This document shows, piece by piece, positions 10,431 to 19,973 of a stretch of 64,000 bases of DNA. The DNA lies in the IMG/VR virus record IMGVR_UViG_3300035660_000001, positions 96,140-160,139 of that record, one strand, 5' to 3'. Under the pieces are notes generated by a model, which worked only from the letters and a program-made list of their open reading frames with translations, was not told the origin of the DNA and did not search any database. Source of the stretch: a virus. A program made the position numbers and the translations under genes. Every line of letters begins with the position of its first letter. Within the stretch, counting starts at the first letter, position 1.

Positions 10431-10716
10431 CGGGACGCTTGCGAGGGAGACCCCAGGAAAAGAGGGAGGAGAGATCGGAGAGCCTATATTCCCGAATATC
10501 GATCTGGCGATGAAGTGGATGCGGGAAGGGAACCTGGTCTTTATCTTTACCGCCCGGGGCTGGTGGGAATACGAAGTCATCCGGTCTTGGATGGAGAAGA
10601 ACGGCCTGAAGGATGCTGTCCTCGTCTGTGGGAAGCTCCACGCCGATATCTACTTTGATGATCGTGGACGACAGCTCGACGAAAACACCTTAACCGGAAT
10701 GAAGAGCCCCGCATGA
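10408..10716 (+). CDS. Small HAD-superfamily phosphatase
   Basis: FDLDGTL, FTAR, K...YFDD motifs. Confidence 0.8.
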   Translation: MKIAFDLDGTLARETPGKEGGEIGEPIFPNIDLAMKWMREGNLVFIFTARGWWEYEVIRSWMEKNGLKDAVLVCGKLHADIYFDDRGRQLDENTLTGMKSPA

Positions 10717-12467
10717 TCTCGGTTGTGATGCCCATTCTGAACCGGGTTTCTCTCCTCAAGAGGGGACTCCCATCGATCTACACCCAGGACTATCCTCGAG
10801 AGAATTACGAGGTCATCTTCGTCGACTACGGGTCCACGGATGGCCTCAAGGAATACCTGCAGGCCCTTTCCGGCGTTCTGAATCTCACCTACCTTCGGAT
10901 CGACGACTCGAAGGCCAAGATCCCCGTCTATCACGGTCCCACCGGGACATGCAACCCCGCTCTGGCCTGGAACGTCGGGATCCGAAGGGCCCGGGGCAAT
11001 CTGATCATGCTGACCAGCCCGGAGGTCATCCACGTTACCGAGACCTTATGGCAAGCCGATGAGGTCGGCAAGGAGGGTCGGGTCGTCCGTGCTCGGGTCG
11101 TGGACGTCCCTCCCTGGACCCAGGATTTGATCGACGAGCTCCACACCTTCAGTTCCTCGGGGATGATCAACCTCACCAGTTCCACCGAGCGACCGGACAT
11201 GGCCGGACTTTACTTCATCGGGGTCGTCCCGAAGGCCCTGCTCGAGAAGATCGGGGCGCTCGATGAGGACTACATGATGGGTCTGGCATGGGAGGATACG
11301 GACGCTGGACAGCGGATGCTGGCTACGGGAGCGGAGCTCTACCATGCCGACGATATGATCGGGCTCCACCAGTGGCATCCCCGGGTCGATCTCCGGGAAG
11401 ACCCCTACTGCCTCAAGAACCAGGTTCGCCACCTGAGAGAGTTCAAGACCGTCGCCAACGTCGGTCGGGTTTGGGGGGATCCCGACGTGATCGTGGACGA
11501 GTGGCACTGCACCCCTGTTGCGGATCGCAAACTACCCCGGTTCAACATCCTGAAGCCCGCGAAACGCCTCGTGGGATTCGTTCGGACGTATAACGAGGTC
11601 GGGCGGGACTACTTCGATCAGTTCTTCGATCAGGCCAAGACCTGGGGTCTCGATGCACTCTTCGTTCTCGACGACTGCTCCACGGATGGGACGGTAGCGG
11701 CCGTCCGGAAGCACACGAAGTATGTCTGGGTTCGAGACCATAATCACGGGAAGCACTACGAGATCCAAAATATGATGTTCCTGGTCGACCGGTGCAAAGA
11801 GGTCGGGGCCCAGTGGATGCTTTGGATGGACATCGACGAGGTCTTGACCAATCGCGCCGGGGAGATCATGAAGCGGCTGATGGAGGAAGGTGACAAGCAG
11901 GACTGGTCGTCGGTCTACTTTCCCGAATACAATCTCTGGAAGACGCCCCGCTGGCGTCGTCGGGACATGGGTTGGTCGTGTAGCACGGGTTGGGCGAGGC
12001 TGTGGAGGAACGACGGAGTTATGTTCTACGATCAGGCCGCGAACGTTGGAGCCCACCTTCAGCTGTGGCCCCGATGCCTCGACAGGAACTCGTTCCGGAC
12101 GGAGGAGGTTGCCGTCCTGCACTACGGCTACGCATCGAAGGAGAACATCGATGCCAAGTGGGAAGAGTATACGAGGCTTGATTCCCGTCGCCTCTTCCTC
12201 TACACAAGAATTCTGGACGAGACGAACCTGGTCCTGCAGGCGTTGCCGAATTCGATTTTCCCTGCGGGGCTGGAGCCGGGGCCGGAGGACGATATGTTTC
12301 CGAGATGGACGGAGAAGGATCTCGATCGCATCGCAGAGGTCATTGGGAGGTGCGGATGGACAATGAGGCCGTTGGTGGAAGCCGATTTTCTGCAGACAGT
12401 ATATCAGGAAACCCAGCAGATAAAATTGGCAGGCTTGCCCGATATTACTTTTGCGGGTACGCTTTAA
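10713..12467 (+). CDS. Double-domain GT2 glycosyltransferase
   Basis: ISVVMP, VDYGSTDG, WEDTD; second domain LDDCSTDGT, WMDIDE, LHYGY. Confidence 0.85.
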   Translation: MISVVMPILNRVSLLKRGLPSIYTQDYPRENYEVIFVDYGSTDGLKEYLQALSGVLNLTYLRIDDSKAKIPVYHGPTGTCNPALAWNVGIRRARGNLIMLTSPEVIHVTETLWQADEVGKEGRVVRARVVDVPPWTQDLIDELHTFSSSGMINLTSSTERPDMAGLYFIGVVPKALLEKIGALDEDYMMGLAWEDTDAGQRMLATGAELYHADDMIGLHQWHPRVDLREDPYCLKNQVRHLREFKTVANVGRVWGDPDVIVDEWHCTPVADRKLPRFNILKPAKRLVGFVRTYNEVGRDYFDQFFDQAKTWGLDALFVLDDCSTDGTVAAVRKHTKYVWVRDHNHGKHYEIQNMMFLVDRCKEVGAQWMLWMDIDEVLTNRAGEIMKRLMEEGDKQDWSSVYFPEYNLWKTPRWRRRDMGWSCSTGWARLWRNDGVMFYDQAANVGAHLQLWPRCLDRNSFRTEEVAVLHYGYASKENIDAKWEEYTRLDSRRLFLYTRILDETNLVLQALPNSIFPAGLEPGPEDDMFPRWTEKDLDRIAEVIGRCGWTMRPLVEADFLQTVYQETQQIKLAGLPDITFAGTL

Positions 12468-13414
12468 GAGACTACAGCATCCAGACCGTCTGCGTGGCCG
12501 GAGAAGAAAGCGCAGAGGAGAAGCGGATACTGTCGGACATGGGATTTAAGGTGGTCGACCTAAAGGGGTCACCCCCCGATGCATTCGTTTGCCTCGATAC
12601 GTTCAATAAGACGTCCGACTGGACGAACTTTGAATATGGGAAGCAGTTAGTAGGGTGTGCCACGAAGGTTTTAATGTTTTCCGTTAAGACCGATGAGTTC
12701 GATCGGGGAGTTCTGCCCCCGGAGACAACCCTTTTCTACCAGACGTCCGAAGGATTTATTTATGATCGGGATACGCACTTCCTTCCGGCCTCCTATCTCA
12801 TAGGGCTCATAGTTAAGGAGCAGAAGGAGGGGCCTCTCCGTGTCATCCTGGGGTATCACTGGGCCCAGGCGCCCGGATGGAAGATTTTAACGCATGCCGA
12901 TCAGGATATTACGAAGCCCCTGCAGTTTCAGGCCGGGAGTGTGGAGTGCCTGTTTATGGAGCATGTCCTCGAGCATGTGGACTTCGTGGACGCCCTCAAG
13001 TTCTTCGGGGAGGCTTACCGGGTCTTGAAGCCGGGAGGCGTTCTCCGGATCGTATCCCCGGATCTCGATAAGCTAGGTTGGTTTATGCGAAGGGGTGAGA
13101 TCGAAAGTCGAGACAAGGAGTATATCAAGACGTTGGTCGATAAGTATTCTATCCCCGAGAGCCTTCAGGACCGCGACACGTTTTACGTCTTTCTGGTGAA
13201 CGAGATAGTTCGGGAGCATGGCCATAAGTTCGTTTGGACCGTCCCGCTCATTACCGATGCCCTTCGGGAGTCCGGCTTTGAGGTTGAGGTATTCGGGGTT
13301 GGGGAGGGGACCAATCCTGACTTCTGCCTTGAGCGGAAACGCCGGGGCCTGAAGGATGAGATCGGACCGCCATACGACTGCGAGAGTTTCCACGTGGAGG
13401 GGATCAAGCCGTGA
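12356..13414 (+). CDS. Methyltransferase-like protein (degenerate N-terminal module plus type 11 MTase)
   Basis: EHVLEH and RVLKPGGVLRIVSPD; N-terminal part paralogous to 14479..14976 (RYYF, FYQT.EG.IYDR); SD GGGAGG before ATG 12356. Confidence 0.75.
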   Translation: MDNEAVGGSRFSADSISGNPADKIGRLARYYFCGYALRDYSIQTVCVAGEESAEEKRILSDMGFKVVDLKGSPPDAFVCLDTFNKTSDWTNFEYGKQLVGCATKVLMFSVKTDEFDRGVLPPETTLFYQTSEGFIYDRDTHFLPASYLIGLIVKEQKEGPLRVILGYHWAQAPGWKILTHADQDITKPLQFQAGSVECLFMEHVLEHVDFVDALKFFGEAYRVLKPGGVLRIVSPDLDKLGWFMRRGEIESRDKEYIKTLVDKYSIPESLQDRDTFYVFLVNEIVREHGHKFVWTVPLITDALRESGFEVEVFGVGEGTNPDFCLERKRRGLKDEIGPPYDCESFHVEGIKP

Positions 13415-13575
13415 CCCATTACTACGCATGGAAAAATAATCCCAAGAGGAGGGAACTCTATGGGCGTAAGTGTCGAATCGTAGCGAGGGGGAAAATGAAT
13501 AGCATTCTGATTGAGTTTGAGAATGGACAGCGGGAATGCGTATCACGCAATGCGGTGAGGAGAATTAAGCCATGA
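13411..13575 (+). CDS. 54-aa hypothetical protein (below ORF-track cut-off)
   Basis: Reads MTHYYAWKNNPKRRELYGRKCRIVARGKMNSILIEFENGQRECVSRNAVRRIKP; overlaps both neighbours by 4 nt. Confidence 0.65.
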   Translation: MTHYYAWKNNPKRRELYGRKCRIVARGKMNSILIEFENGQRECVSRNAVRRIKP

Positions 13576-14486
13576 TGAAGATGGCCGCTATCGTTCGTGT
13601 TTACAACGAGATGATCACGGGGCATGCCCAACGGTTCTTTGCCCACTGGAAGGACTGGGGAGCGGACGAGCTCTTTGTCCTCGACGATCACTCCGACGAC
13701 GGGACAGCGGAGTATGCCCGGAAGTTCACGCCTCACGTCTGGGTGCGGGAGAACAGGTTCGGCAGGAACAGGGAGAAGGAGAATACGGTATTCCTTCTGG
13801 ACCGGGTGAACGATGTTGGAGCCGAGTATATCCTTTTCATGGACTGCGATGATATCCTTAGCCGGGGGGCCGGACAGCGTCTGCGGGAATACTGGCTTCC
13901 TATGATGGATGATCGGAACTTCAGCTCCCTGGTCTTTACGTCCTACAATCTATGGCGGAAACCCCGCTGGCGTCGGGTCGACTCGATGTGGGCATGTGAG
14001 GATCAGTTCTATCGGCTGTGGAAGAACGAGGGCCTGAAGTTCGATGTGATTGAAGAGAAACAAATGCATGCCCCCCCAGCTCCTCCGCAGGTTTTTCGGT
14101 ACTGGACGATCGTGCCTCACACGGATATCACGTTCCTGCATTACGCCTATGCCGACCTTTACGGATTAAGGAAACGCTTCCTGCACTACGCCAATCTCGA
14201 CGGGAAACGCATAGGGATGTATGCCCGGATCATCGACGAGTCCAACCTGATGTTAGAGCGGGTTCCGGATGAGCGGTTTCCGGAGGATCTCGTGCCCGGC
14301 TCTGATCAGGAGGAGTATCTCAGAACCCCAATGGACGACCTGCACCTTCTCGGCAGGTCTATGGGCCGGGCCTGTTGGAAGGACAAGCCCATTGAAGAAC
14401 GGACGGAGTGGTGGGATTGTGCCGATGTGAATAAGCGTATTCTGGAATCTAACCGACCGGGAATGAGGATTTTAGGCGATGAGTAA
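13572..14486 (+). CDS. GT2 glycosyltransferase, paralogue of second domain of 10713..12467
   Basis: LFVLDDHSDDGT, FMDCDD, YNLWRKPRWRR. Confidence 0.85.
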   Translation: MMKMAAIVRVYNEMITGHAQRFFAHWKDWGADELFVLDDHSDDGTAEYARKFTPHVWVRENRFGRNREKENTVFLLDRVNDVGAEYILFMDCDDILSRGAGQRLREYWLPMMDDRNFSSLVFTSYNLWRKPRWRRVDSMWACEDQFYRLWKNEGLKFDVIEEKQMHAPPAPPQVFRYWTIVPHTDITFLHYAYADLYGLRKRFLHYANLDGKRIGMYARIIDESNLMLERVPDERFPEDLVPGSDQEEYLRTPMDDLHLLGRSMGRACWKDKPIEERTEWWDCADVNKRILESNRPGMRILGDE

Positions 14487-14976
14487 CATTCACCTGTCCG
14501 CGATTTTCAGGAAATTAGTCCGCTACTACTTCGCCGCCGAAATTCTGGAAGAGTGTGGGGTCCAGGGTTTTGTCATGGACGTCGGGTGCGGGGATGGTCT
14601 GGGATCAGACGCTTTGGCTAAGTCAGGCTTCCACGTCGTGGGGATCGACAATTCCGTCCAGTATGCCAACGATCACTTCGGGGACTCGGGTCGATCTATC
14701 TTTTTGCCGTCCACCATCGAAGATATAAAGTTCAAGGTCGACGCTGTGGTCGCCTTCGATGCCTTCGGGAGCGACAAGTTCAAGTTCTTCCTTTTCCCCG
14801 TCCTTGCGGAGATGGCGAAGAGGGTGTTCATCTTCTCGGAGACTTATATCCCGAAGGAGACGATGATACCGGAGGGAACGAAGTTCTTCTATCAGACCGA
14901 GGATGGTTTGATCTACGACCGGATGCCGACCAAGCATCCCCCGATCAACCTTATCGGAGTGGTGATAAAGCCATGA
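14479..14976 (+). CDS. SAM-dependent methyltransferase-like protein
   Basis: MDVGCGDG motif. Confidence 0.75.
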   Translation: MSNIHLSAIFRKLVRYYFAAEILEECGVQGFVMDVGCGDGLGSDALAKSGFHVVGIDNSVQYANDHFGDSGRSIFLPSTIEDIKFKVDAVVAFDAFGSDKFKFFLFPVLAEMAKRVFIFSETYIPKETMIPEGTKFFYQTEDGLIYDRMPTKHPPINLIGVVIKP

Positions 14977-16043
14977 TGCGATCTAAACCGTTGGAGGGCG
15001 CCCGGGTGCTGGTGACCGGAGGGACCGGCTCTTTAGGGAAGGTGCTGGTCCGGAGGATTTTTTCCGGGGAGATTGGCCTCCCCGACGAGGTGATCATATT
15101 CTCCCGGGATGAGGCCAAGCAACACTTTATGAGGATGGAGTGGCAACGAGCGACTGGGGCGGTCACCGACGAGAGGATTTATGAGGACTTCCGGAACAAG
15201 CTAAAGTTCGTGATCGGGGATGTGCGGGACTACGACAGCGTCTTTCGGGTGTTGGAGGACGTGGACGTTGTGTTCAATGCCGCCGCTTTAAAACAAGTCC
15301 CGACCTGCGAATACTTTCCCCTCGAGGCCGTGAAGACCAACATTCTCGGGGCGGGGAACATCGTTCGTGCGGTCGAGGCGCACCCCCGAGTGAAGACGGT
15401 CGTGGGGATATCTACCGACAAGGCCGTGAAGCCCGTGAACGTCATGGGGATGACCAAAGCCATCCAGGAGCGTGTCTTTATCGAAGCGAACATTCACTGC
15501 CCGGCCTGCTTCATCGTCGTCCGTTACGGTAACGTGCTGGCTTCTCGGGGATCTGTGATTCCCCTCTTCCACGATCAGATCAAGCACGGCGGTCCTCTCA
15601 CGATCACCACGAGGGACATGACGAGGTTCCTGCTTACCCTCGACGATGCCGTGACTGCTGTTTTTACCGCTCTCAAAGAAGGGGAGCCTGGGGAGACCTA
15701 CGTGCCGATCGTTCCCTCGGCGCGAGTTATTGATATCGCCGTAGCCTTGAAGGGTGACAGGCCGATCGACGTGCAGGTTATGGGGATCAGGCCGGGCGAA
15801 AAGACTCACGAGATCCTGGTCAGCGAAGAGGAGGCTTACCGAACAGTTCGGAGGGAATGCTATTACGTTATCCTTCCGATGCTTCGGGAAATCCGGGGTG
15901 ACGGCGAGCTCAAGCATCCTCTCGAGAAGGAATACAGTTCCGATGATGCCTTCATGAAATTCGACGATGTCGAAGCGTTCTTGAGGGGGAAGGGGCTGAT
16001 GGTCGAGGACTACAAGCCCGAGTCGATGGAGTCCTTGCGATGA
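14973..16043 (+). CDS. fnlA: UDP-GlcNAc 4,6-dehydratase (FnlA/CapE-like)
   Basis: TGGTGSLG, AAALKQVPTCE, STDKAVKPVNVMGMTK, RYGNVLASRGSVIPLF, GIRPGEKTHE. Confidence 0.85.
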   Translation: MMRSKPLEGARVLVTGGTGSLGKVLVRRIFSGEIGLPDEVIIFSRDEAKQHFMRMEWQRATGAVTDERIYEDFRNKLKFVIGDVRDYDSVFRVLEDVDVVFNAAALKQVPTCEYFPLEAVKTNILGAGNIVRAVEAHPRVKTVVGISTDKAVKPVNVMGMTKAIQERVFIEANIHCPACFIVVRYGNVLASRGSVIPLFHDQIKHGGPLTITTRDMTRFLLTLDDAVTAVFTALKEGEPGETYVPIVPSARVIDIAVALKGDRPIDVQVMGIRPGEKTHEILVSEEEAYRTVRRECYYVILPMLREIRGDGELKHPLEKEYSSDDAFMKFDDVEAFLRGKGLMVEDYKPESMESLR

Positions 16044-17161
16044 AGATCGCGACCCTCTTCGGGACCCGCCCGGAGATCATTCGGCTTTCTCTCGTGATTG
16101 AACGGCTTGACCTTCTCTGCGAACAGATCGTCGTCCACACCGGGCAGAACAGCGATCCCTGCCTCTCCGAGGTGTTCTTTGAGGAACTCGAAATCAAGAA
16201 CATTCTCCGGCGCCTCATGATCACGGGGGAGACCTTCGAGAATCGGGTTGCCGACATTTTCAACAAGGTTGGAGATCTCTTTCGGAAGGAGAGGCCAGAC
16301 CGGGTTCTTATTCTGGGGGATACCGACAGCGGTCTGGCGGCGATCGTGGCCAAGAGAATGGGAATTCCGGTCTACCACATGGAGGCCGGGAACAGATGCT
16401 ACGACAATCGGGTGCCGGAGGAGGTTAACCGGAGAGTGATCGACCACGCCAGCGACATCTTGATGCCCTACACCCAGCGGAGCAAGGAAAACCTTCTGCG
16501 GGAGGGGATCCCGCCAAACCGCATTTACGTTACGGGGAATCCGATCTACGAGGTCATCTGCCGTTGGGGAGAACAGATAAGGCAGTCTAACGCTTTATTT
16601 TCTGTTCAGGAACACCCCCTGCTGTCCGGGCGGTATTTTCTGGCGACCTTCCATCGGCAGGAGAACGTGGACATCCCGAACCGGCTGACGCACATCATCC
16701 AGGGGCTGTCCCTCGTGGGGGATCATTATTCGATGCCTGTGGTCGTTAGCCTGCATCCCCGGACGAAGGATAGAATAAATCAACTCATACTTCTCGATGA
16801 GATCGATCTTAGCAAGTGGGTTGCCTTCCGGGATCCCTTCGGTTTCTTCGACTTCGTGAGGCTCGAGCAGAACGCCTGCTGTATCTTGACCGACAGCGGG
16901 ACGGTCCAGGAGGAGGCTTGTATTTTCAAGGTTCCGACCGTCACGGTCCGGGATACGACCGAGAGGCCGGAGACCCTCGAGTGCGGGAGCAACATTCTCT
17001 CGGAGGCCGATCCGGAAGCCATCCTGGGGGCCGTGGAGACCGTCTTTTCTGGAACAGAGGGGGATCAGGATGGTTGGTGGAAGGTTCCCCCCGAATACGA
17101 GAACGGGTCTGTATCGAAGGCCGTAGCCAAAATCCTTTTAGGACATCACCATGATACCTGA
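16040..17161 (+). CDS. fnlC: UDP-N-acetylglucosamine 2-epimerase family (FnlC/WbjD-like)
   Basis: GTRPEIIRL, HMEAGNRCYD, PEEVNRR, TDSGTVQEE, TERPE. Confidence 0.8.
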   Translation: MKIATLFGTRPEIIRLSLVIERLDLLCEQIVVHTGQNSDPCLSEVFFEELEIKNILRRLMITGETFENRVADIFNKVGDLFRKERPDRVLILGDTDSGLAAIVAKRMGIPVYHMEAGNRCYDNRVPEEVNRRVIDHASDILMPYTQRSKENLLREGIPPNRIYVTGNPIYEVICRWGEQIRQSNALFSVQEHPLLSGRYFLATFHRQENVDIPNRLTHIIQGLSLVGDHYSMPVVVSLHPRTKDRINQLILLDEIDLSKWVAFRDPFGFFDFVRLEQNACCILTDSGTVQEEACIFKVPTVTVRDTTERPETLECGSNILSEADPEAILGAVETVFSGTEGDQDGWWKVPPEYENGSVSKAVAKILLGHHHDT

Positions 17162-18044
17162 TTATCTGATAACCGAGTTCAATCCGCTGTTTGATACCCA
17201 AGATCCCCGCTACCGGATCGAAGTCGTGGTCACCACGAAGGAGCGGTACACCAACCTGTGCATGCTCCTGTCCTCCCTGCTCGCTCAGAACTACGGGAAC
17301 TGGGATTTGACCGTCGTGGACGACAACGAAGGGGCAAGGCCGATCAGCGAGGTCTTCCCGACGTGCAACATTCTCGATCAGCTCAACCACCAGGGGCATA
17401 ACTGGCGGGTGATCTGGGGGCCGAAGTGTGGGCCCCATGCCGCCTTCTATGCGGGGTTCGTTAACCGTCGCCACGAGCTTGTGGCCAATATCGATGACGA
17501 CTTCGTGCTCTTCCCGAATTACCTTCAGTGGATGGTCGTCCCCTTTGTGCAGTGCGAGCAAATCCTGGGCCCGGGGAAGATGCTGGGAGGCGTGGGTAGT
17601 GTCTACCTCCTGCCCCGGATGACCCTCGAGAGCCAGGTTGCCCCGAGTAACTGGGCGTCCGTCACCATGTTCGGGGGGAAGATGAAGCCGATGACCCCCC
17701 TCCTGCACCAGACCCTCTCCCCGGACGTCAATCTCAAGGAGGCCGAGCACATTAACTCCTGCTTCCTCGTTTCGGGCTCCGCCGTGGACGCCTCCGGAGG
17801 GATCTGCCTCGATTATTCCCCCGCAGGCCACCGCTGGGAGAGCGATCTCACCTACCACATGTTCAAGAAGGGCTACATCCTCCTGGTCCAGCCCCGGGCG
17901 ATCGCATGGCATTATGCCTCCCTTGAGGGCGGCATCCGGGTGACGAAGGGCGTCCCTAACCCCGAGAGCTACTGGATTGCAGACCAACAGTTATTCGACC
18001 GCAGAATGTCGGAGCTCGATGGAACGAACCCCCCGGCTCTGTAA
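17151..18044 (+). CDS. GT2 glycosyltransferase
   Basis: VVDD, NIDDD, WESDL motifs. Confidence 0.75.
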   Translation: MIPDYLITEFNPLFDTQDPRYRIEVVVTTKERYTNLCMLLSSLLAQNYGNWDLTVVDDNEGARPISEVFPTCNILDQLNHQGHNWRVIWGPKCGPHAAFYAGFVNRRHELVANIDDDFVLFPNYLQWMVVPFVQCEQILGPGKMLGGVGSVYLLPRMTLESQVAPSNWASVTMFGGKMKPMTPLLHQTLSPDVNLKEAEHINSCFLVSGSAVDASGGICLDYSPAGHRWESDLTYHMFKKGYILLVQPRAIAWHYASLEGGIRVTKGVPNPESYWIADQQLFDRRMSELDGTNPPAL

Positions 18045-18152
18045 TCTCTGTGACGCAGACTCCTCAAATATGAGTTTGGAGTTGTGTCCGAAATGTCGTG
18101 CTATACTTTCCGAGTTCGAGAAAAGGGAGCTCGATGGAACAAACCCCCCGGC
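18011..18152 (+). repeat. 27-bp direct repeat GGAGCTCGATGGAAC(G/A)AACCCCCCGGC
   Basis: Copies at 18011-18037 and 18126-18152, one mismatch. Confidence 0.9.
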
Positions 18153-18159
18153 CATCTAA
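18019..18159 (+). CDS. 46-aa zinc-finger-like microprotein between direct repeats
   Basis: CNLC...CPKC; GGAG SD; flanked by a 27-bp repeat. Confidence 0.5.
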   Translation: MERTPRLCNLCDADSSNMSLELCPKCRAILSEFEKRELDGTNPPAI

Positions 18160-19060
18160 CTGGTACACCCTCGTAATCGACGGGGGCATCGGGGATCATA
18201 TCTGTGTCACCCCGATGCTCCGGGCGACCAAGAAGGCCTACCCGGACCACCACATCATCGTCTCGGCATGCTACTGGGACGTCCTGGACGGGAATCCGAA
18301 CATCGACAAGCTCTTCCACATCTCTGCGGAGGATGCTCGGGAGTTCTACGAGGACTGGGTCATCCCCCAGAAAGACCCCAAGAAAACCATCCGGGCGGAC
18401 CTCTACACCCGGCGCTGGAATCACGTTTACGACGGGCTCCAATCTAAGGCTTGGTCGGAGATCTGCGGGCTTCCCTGGGACAACGACGAGCTCGAGGTTT
18501 TCCTCCGCCCGTCCGAGCTTATTTGGGGCATGGAGTTTATCAAGAACTTTGGCGAGAAGGTTGTCCTGATCAACAGTGCGGCCGCTAACATCCCTCTCAC
18601 CGGGAAGAAGGGGACGCCGAACAAAGACTGGTTCCACGATCGCTGGGTAGCCCTCGTAAAGCGGCTCCGGGAAGCGGGTGTCTCCGTCCTCCAAATCGGA
18701 GGCAACGGGGAGACCTGTATCCCCGGAGTAAACGCCAACCTCTGCGGGGGCCTCTCGATCCGTCAGACCCTGTCTATTCTCACGTTCTGCTCCTCCTACG
18801 TCACGGTCGAATCCTTTATCGGCCATGCGGGCCCCGCCGTCGGGAAACCGGGGGTCGTTCTCTTCGGAAGAAGCAACCCCCACATCTCCGGCCACGCCAT
18901 GAATACGAACCTGTGGATCCCGGGCTCCTGCGATAACTTATTCTGCTGTCGGCCAGAGGGATATTACCTGGACGGGTTTAATTGCCCCTCGAGGCCCTGC
19001 ATGAGCTCAATTACTGTCTCTGCCGTTTTCGACGCTTTAGCCCCTCTCATCCCCCTTTAG
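18134..19060 (+). CDS. GT9 glycosyltransferase
   Basis: GGIGD, NPNID, KDW, ESFIGH, VVLFG. Confidence 0.8.
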   Translation: MEQTPRPSNWYTLVIDGGIGDHICVTPMLRATKKAYPDHHIIVSACYWDVLDGNPNIDKLFHISAEDAREFYEDWVIPQKDPKKTIRADLYTRRWNHVYDGLQSKAWSEICGLPWDNDELEVFLRPSELIWGMEFIKNFGEKVVLINSAAANIPLTGKKGTPNKDWFHDRWVALVKRLREAGVSVLQIGGNGETCIPGVNANLCGGLSIRQTLSILTFCSSYVTVESFIGHAGPAVGKPGVVLFGRSNPHISGHAMNTNLWIPGSCDNLFCCRPEGYYLDGFNCPSRPCMSSITVSAVFDALAPLIPL

Positions 19061-19217
19061 GAAGGCCTCCCAGACAGCCACCTGATGCCCCTACGGTGCA
19101 TCTAAGGCCTGGACTGACCTAGATGCCCTGTCCCGCAACCCGACCCGCCCTGGGAAGGGCTTAGTGCACGAACATACCCCTCCGAGAAAGATTTCCTAAG
19201 ATTTTCCCGCAACCCCC

Positions 19218-19246
19218 TTGACTTGCACTTTGGATTATGCTATACT
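19218..19246 (+). promoter_or_regulatory. sigma70-type early promoter with upstream AAAGATTT..TAAGATT element
   Basis: TTGACT-17bp-TATACT with extended -10 TG. Confidence 0.8.
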
Positions 19247-19303
19247 CTTGTCGTAGCGAGCAGGTATTCGAGCCCTTAACCCCAAGTGAGGAGGAGAGCA
19301 GAG

Positions 19304-19624
19304 ATGGACAAGCGGACGTTGATCGTGAGGACGGACGGGACGGTGTTCGACGCCGGGGACGGCGGGATCTTCTTGATGAGCGGAGTTCGGGTTCCTCCAA
19401 ACGAACCCACGGACGATCGCCACATCGCCGACACCAATAAGAATGAGGTCGTGCGGAGGTGGAATGCCTTCCCGGAATTCGTTGAGTCATTGAAGCAGAG
19501 CGTGGCCTGCATGGAGCACCTCGACAAGTTGCTCCTCGATCTGGCGGGACAGAAAAAGGAGTGCGACCGGGGTGAGGTAGCCAGGGCGAAGGAAGTTCTG
19601 GCCGCCTGGGAACCAAAGGTTTAA
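19304..19624 (+). CDS. Hypothetical protein
   Basis: Strong SD GAGGAGG before ATG 19304. Confidence 0.65.
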   Translation: MDKRTLIVRTDGTVFDAGDGGIFLMSGVRVPPNEPTDDRHIADTNKNEVVRRWNAFPEFVESLKQSVACMEHLDKLLLDLAGQKKECDRGEVARAKEVLAAWEPKV

Positions 19625-19634
19625 GGAGGAGAGC

Positions 19635-19919
19635 ATGAGTCAGGTGTGGCCGGAAGGTTGGAAGAAGGAAAACTGGGTGACGGCGTTGTCGAGGGAGGGA
19701 TTCCAAATCTGGATTCCCCGATCCGTCGAGGAGACCCTGCCCGCCAGTTTCTGTGCGGAGGTTCAGAGGGTTTACCCGGAGGGCAAGCGATGTCAGAACT
19801 GCCCGGCGCAAGATTACTGCGTGAAGGTCATGAACGAGGAGGTCGACTACCCCAAGGTGCTGGCCTGGATTTACGCCTGGGCGAGAACATTGAAGGTGAA
19901 GTTACCGAGTGCGGTCTGA
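19635..19919 (+). CDS. Hypothetical protein
   Basis: SD AAGGAGG; CxxC motif. Confidence 0.6.
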   Translation: MSQVWPEGWKKENWVTALSREGFQIWIPRSVEETLPASFCAEVQRVYPEGKRCQNCPAQDYCVKVMNEEVDYPKVLAWIYAWARTLKVKLPSAV

Positions 19920-19973
19920 GGTTTTACTCATTGATGTATCGACGTTAACCCCAATTCAAAAGGAGAAGCGGAA

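Noticed and set aside
12447-12467. GT2 C-terminus ITFAGTL as a member of the tail-motif family
   Set aside because: Only a partial match, and it lies in a dual-coding overlap; likely coincidental.
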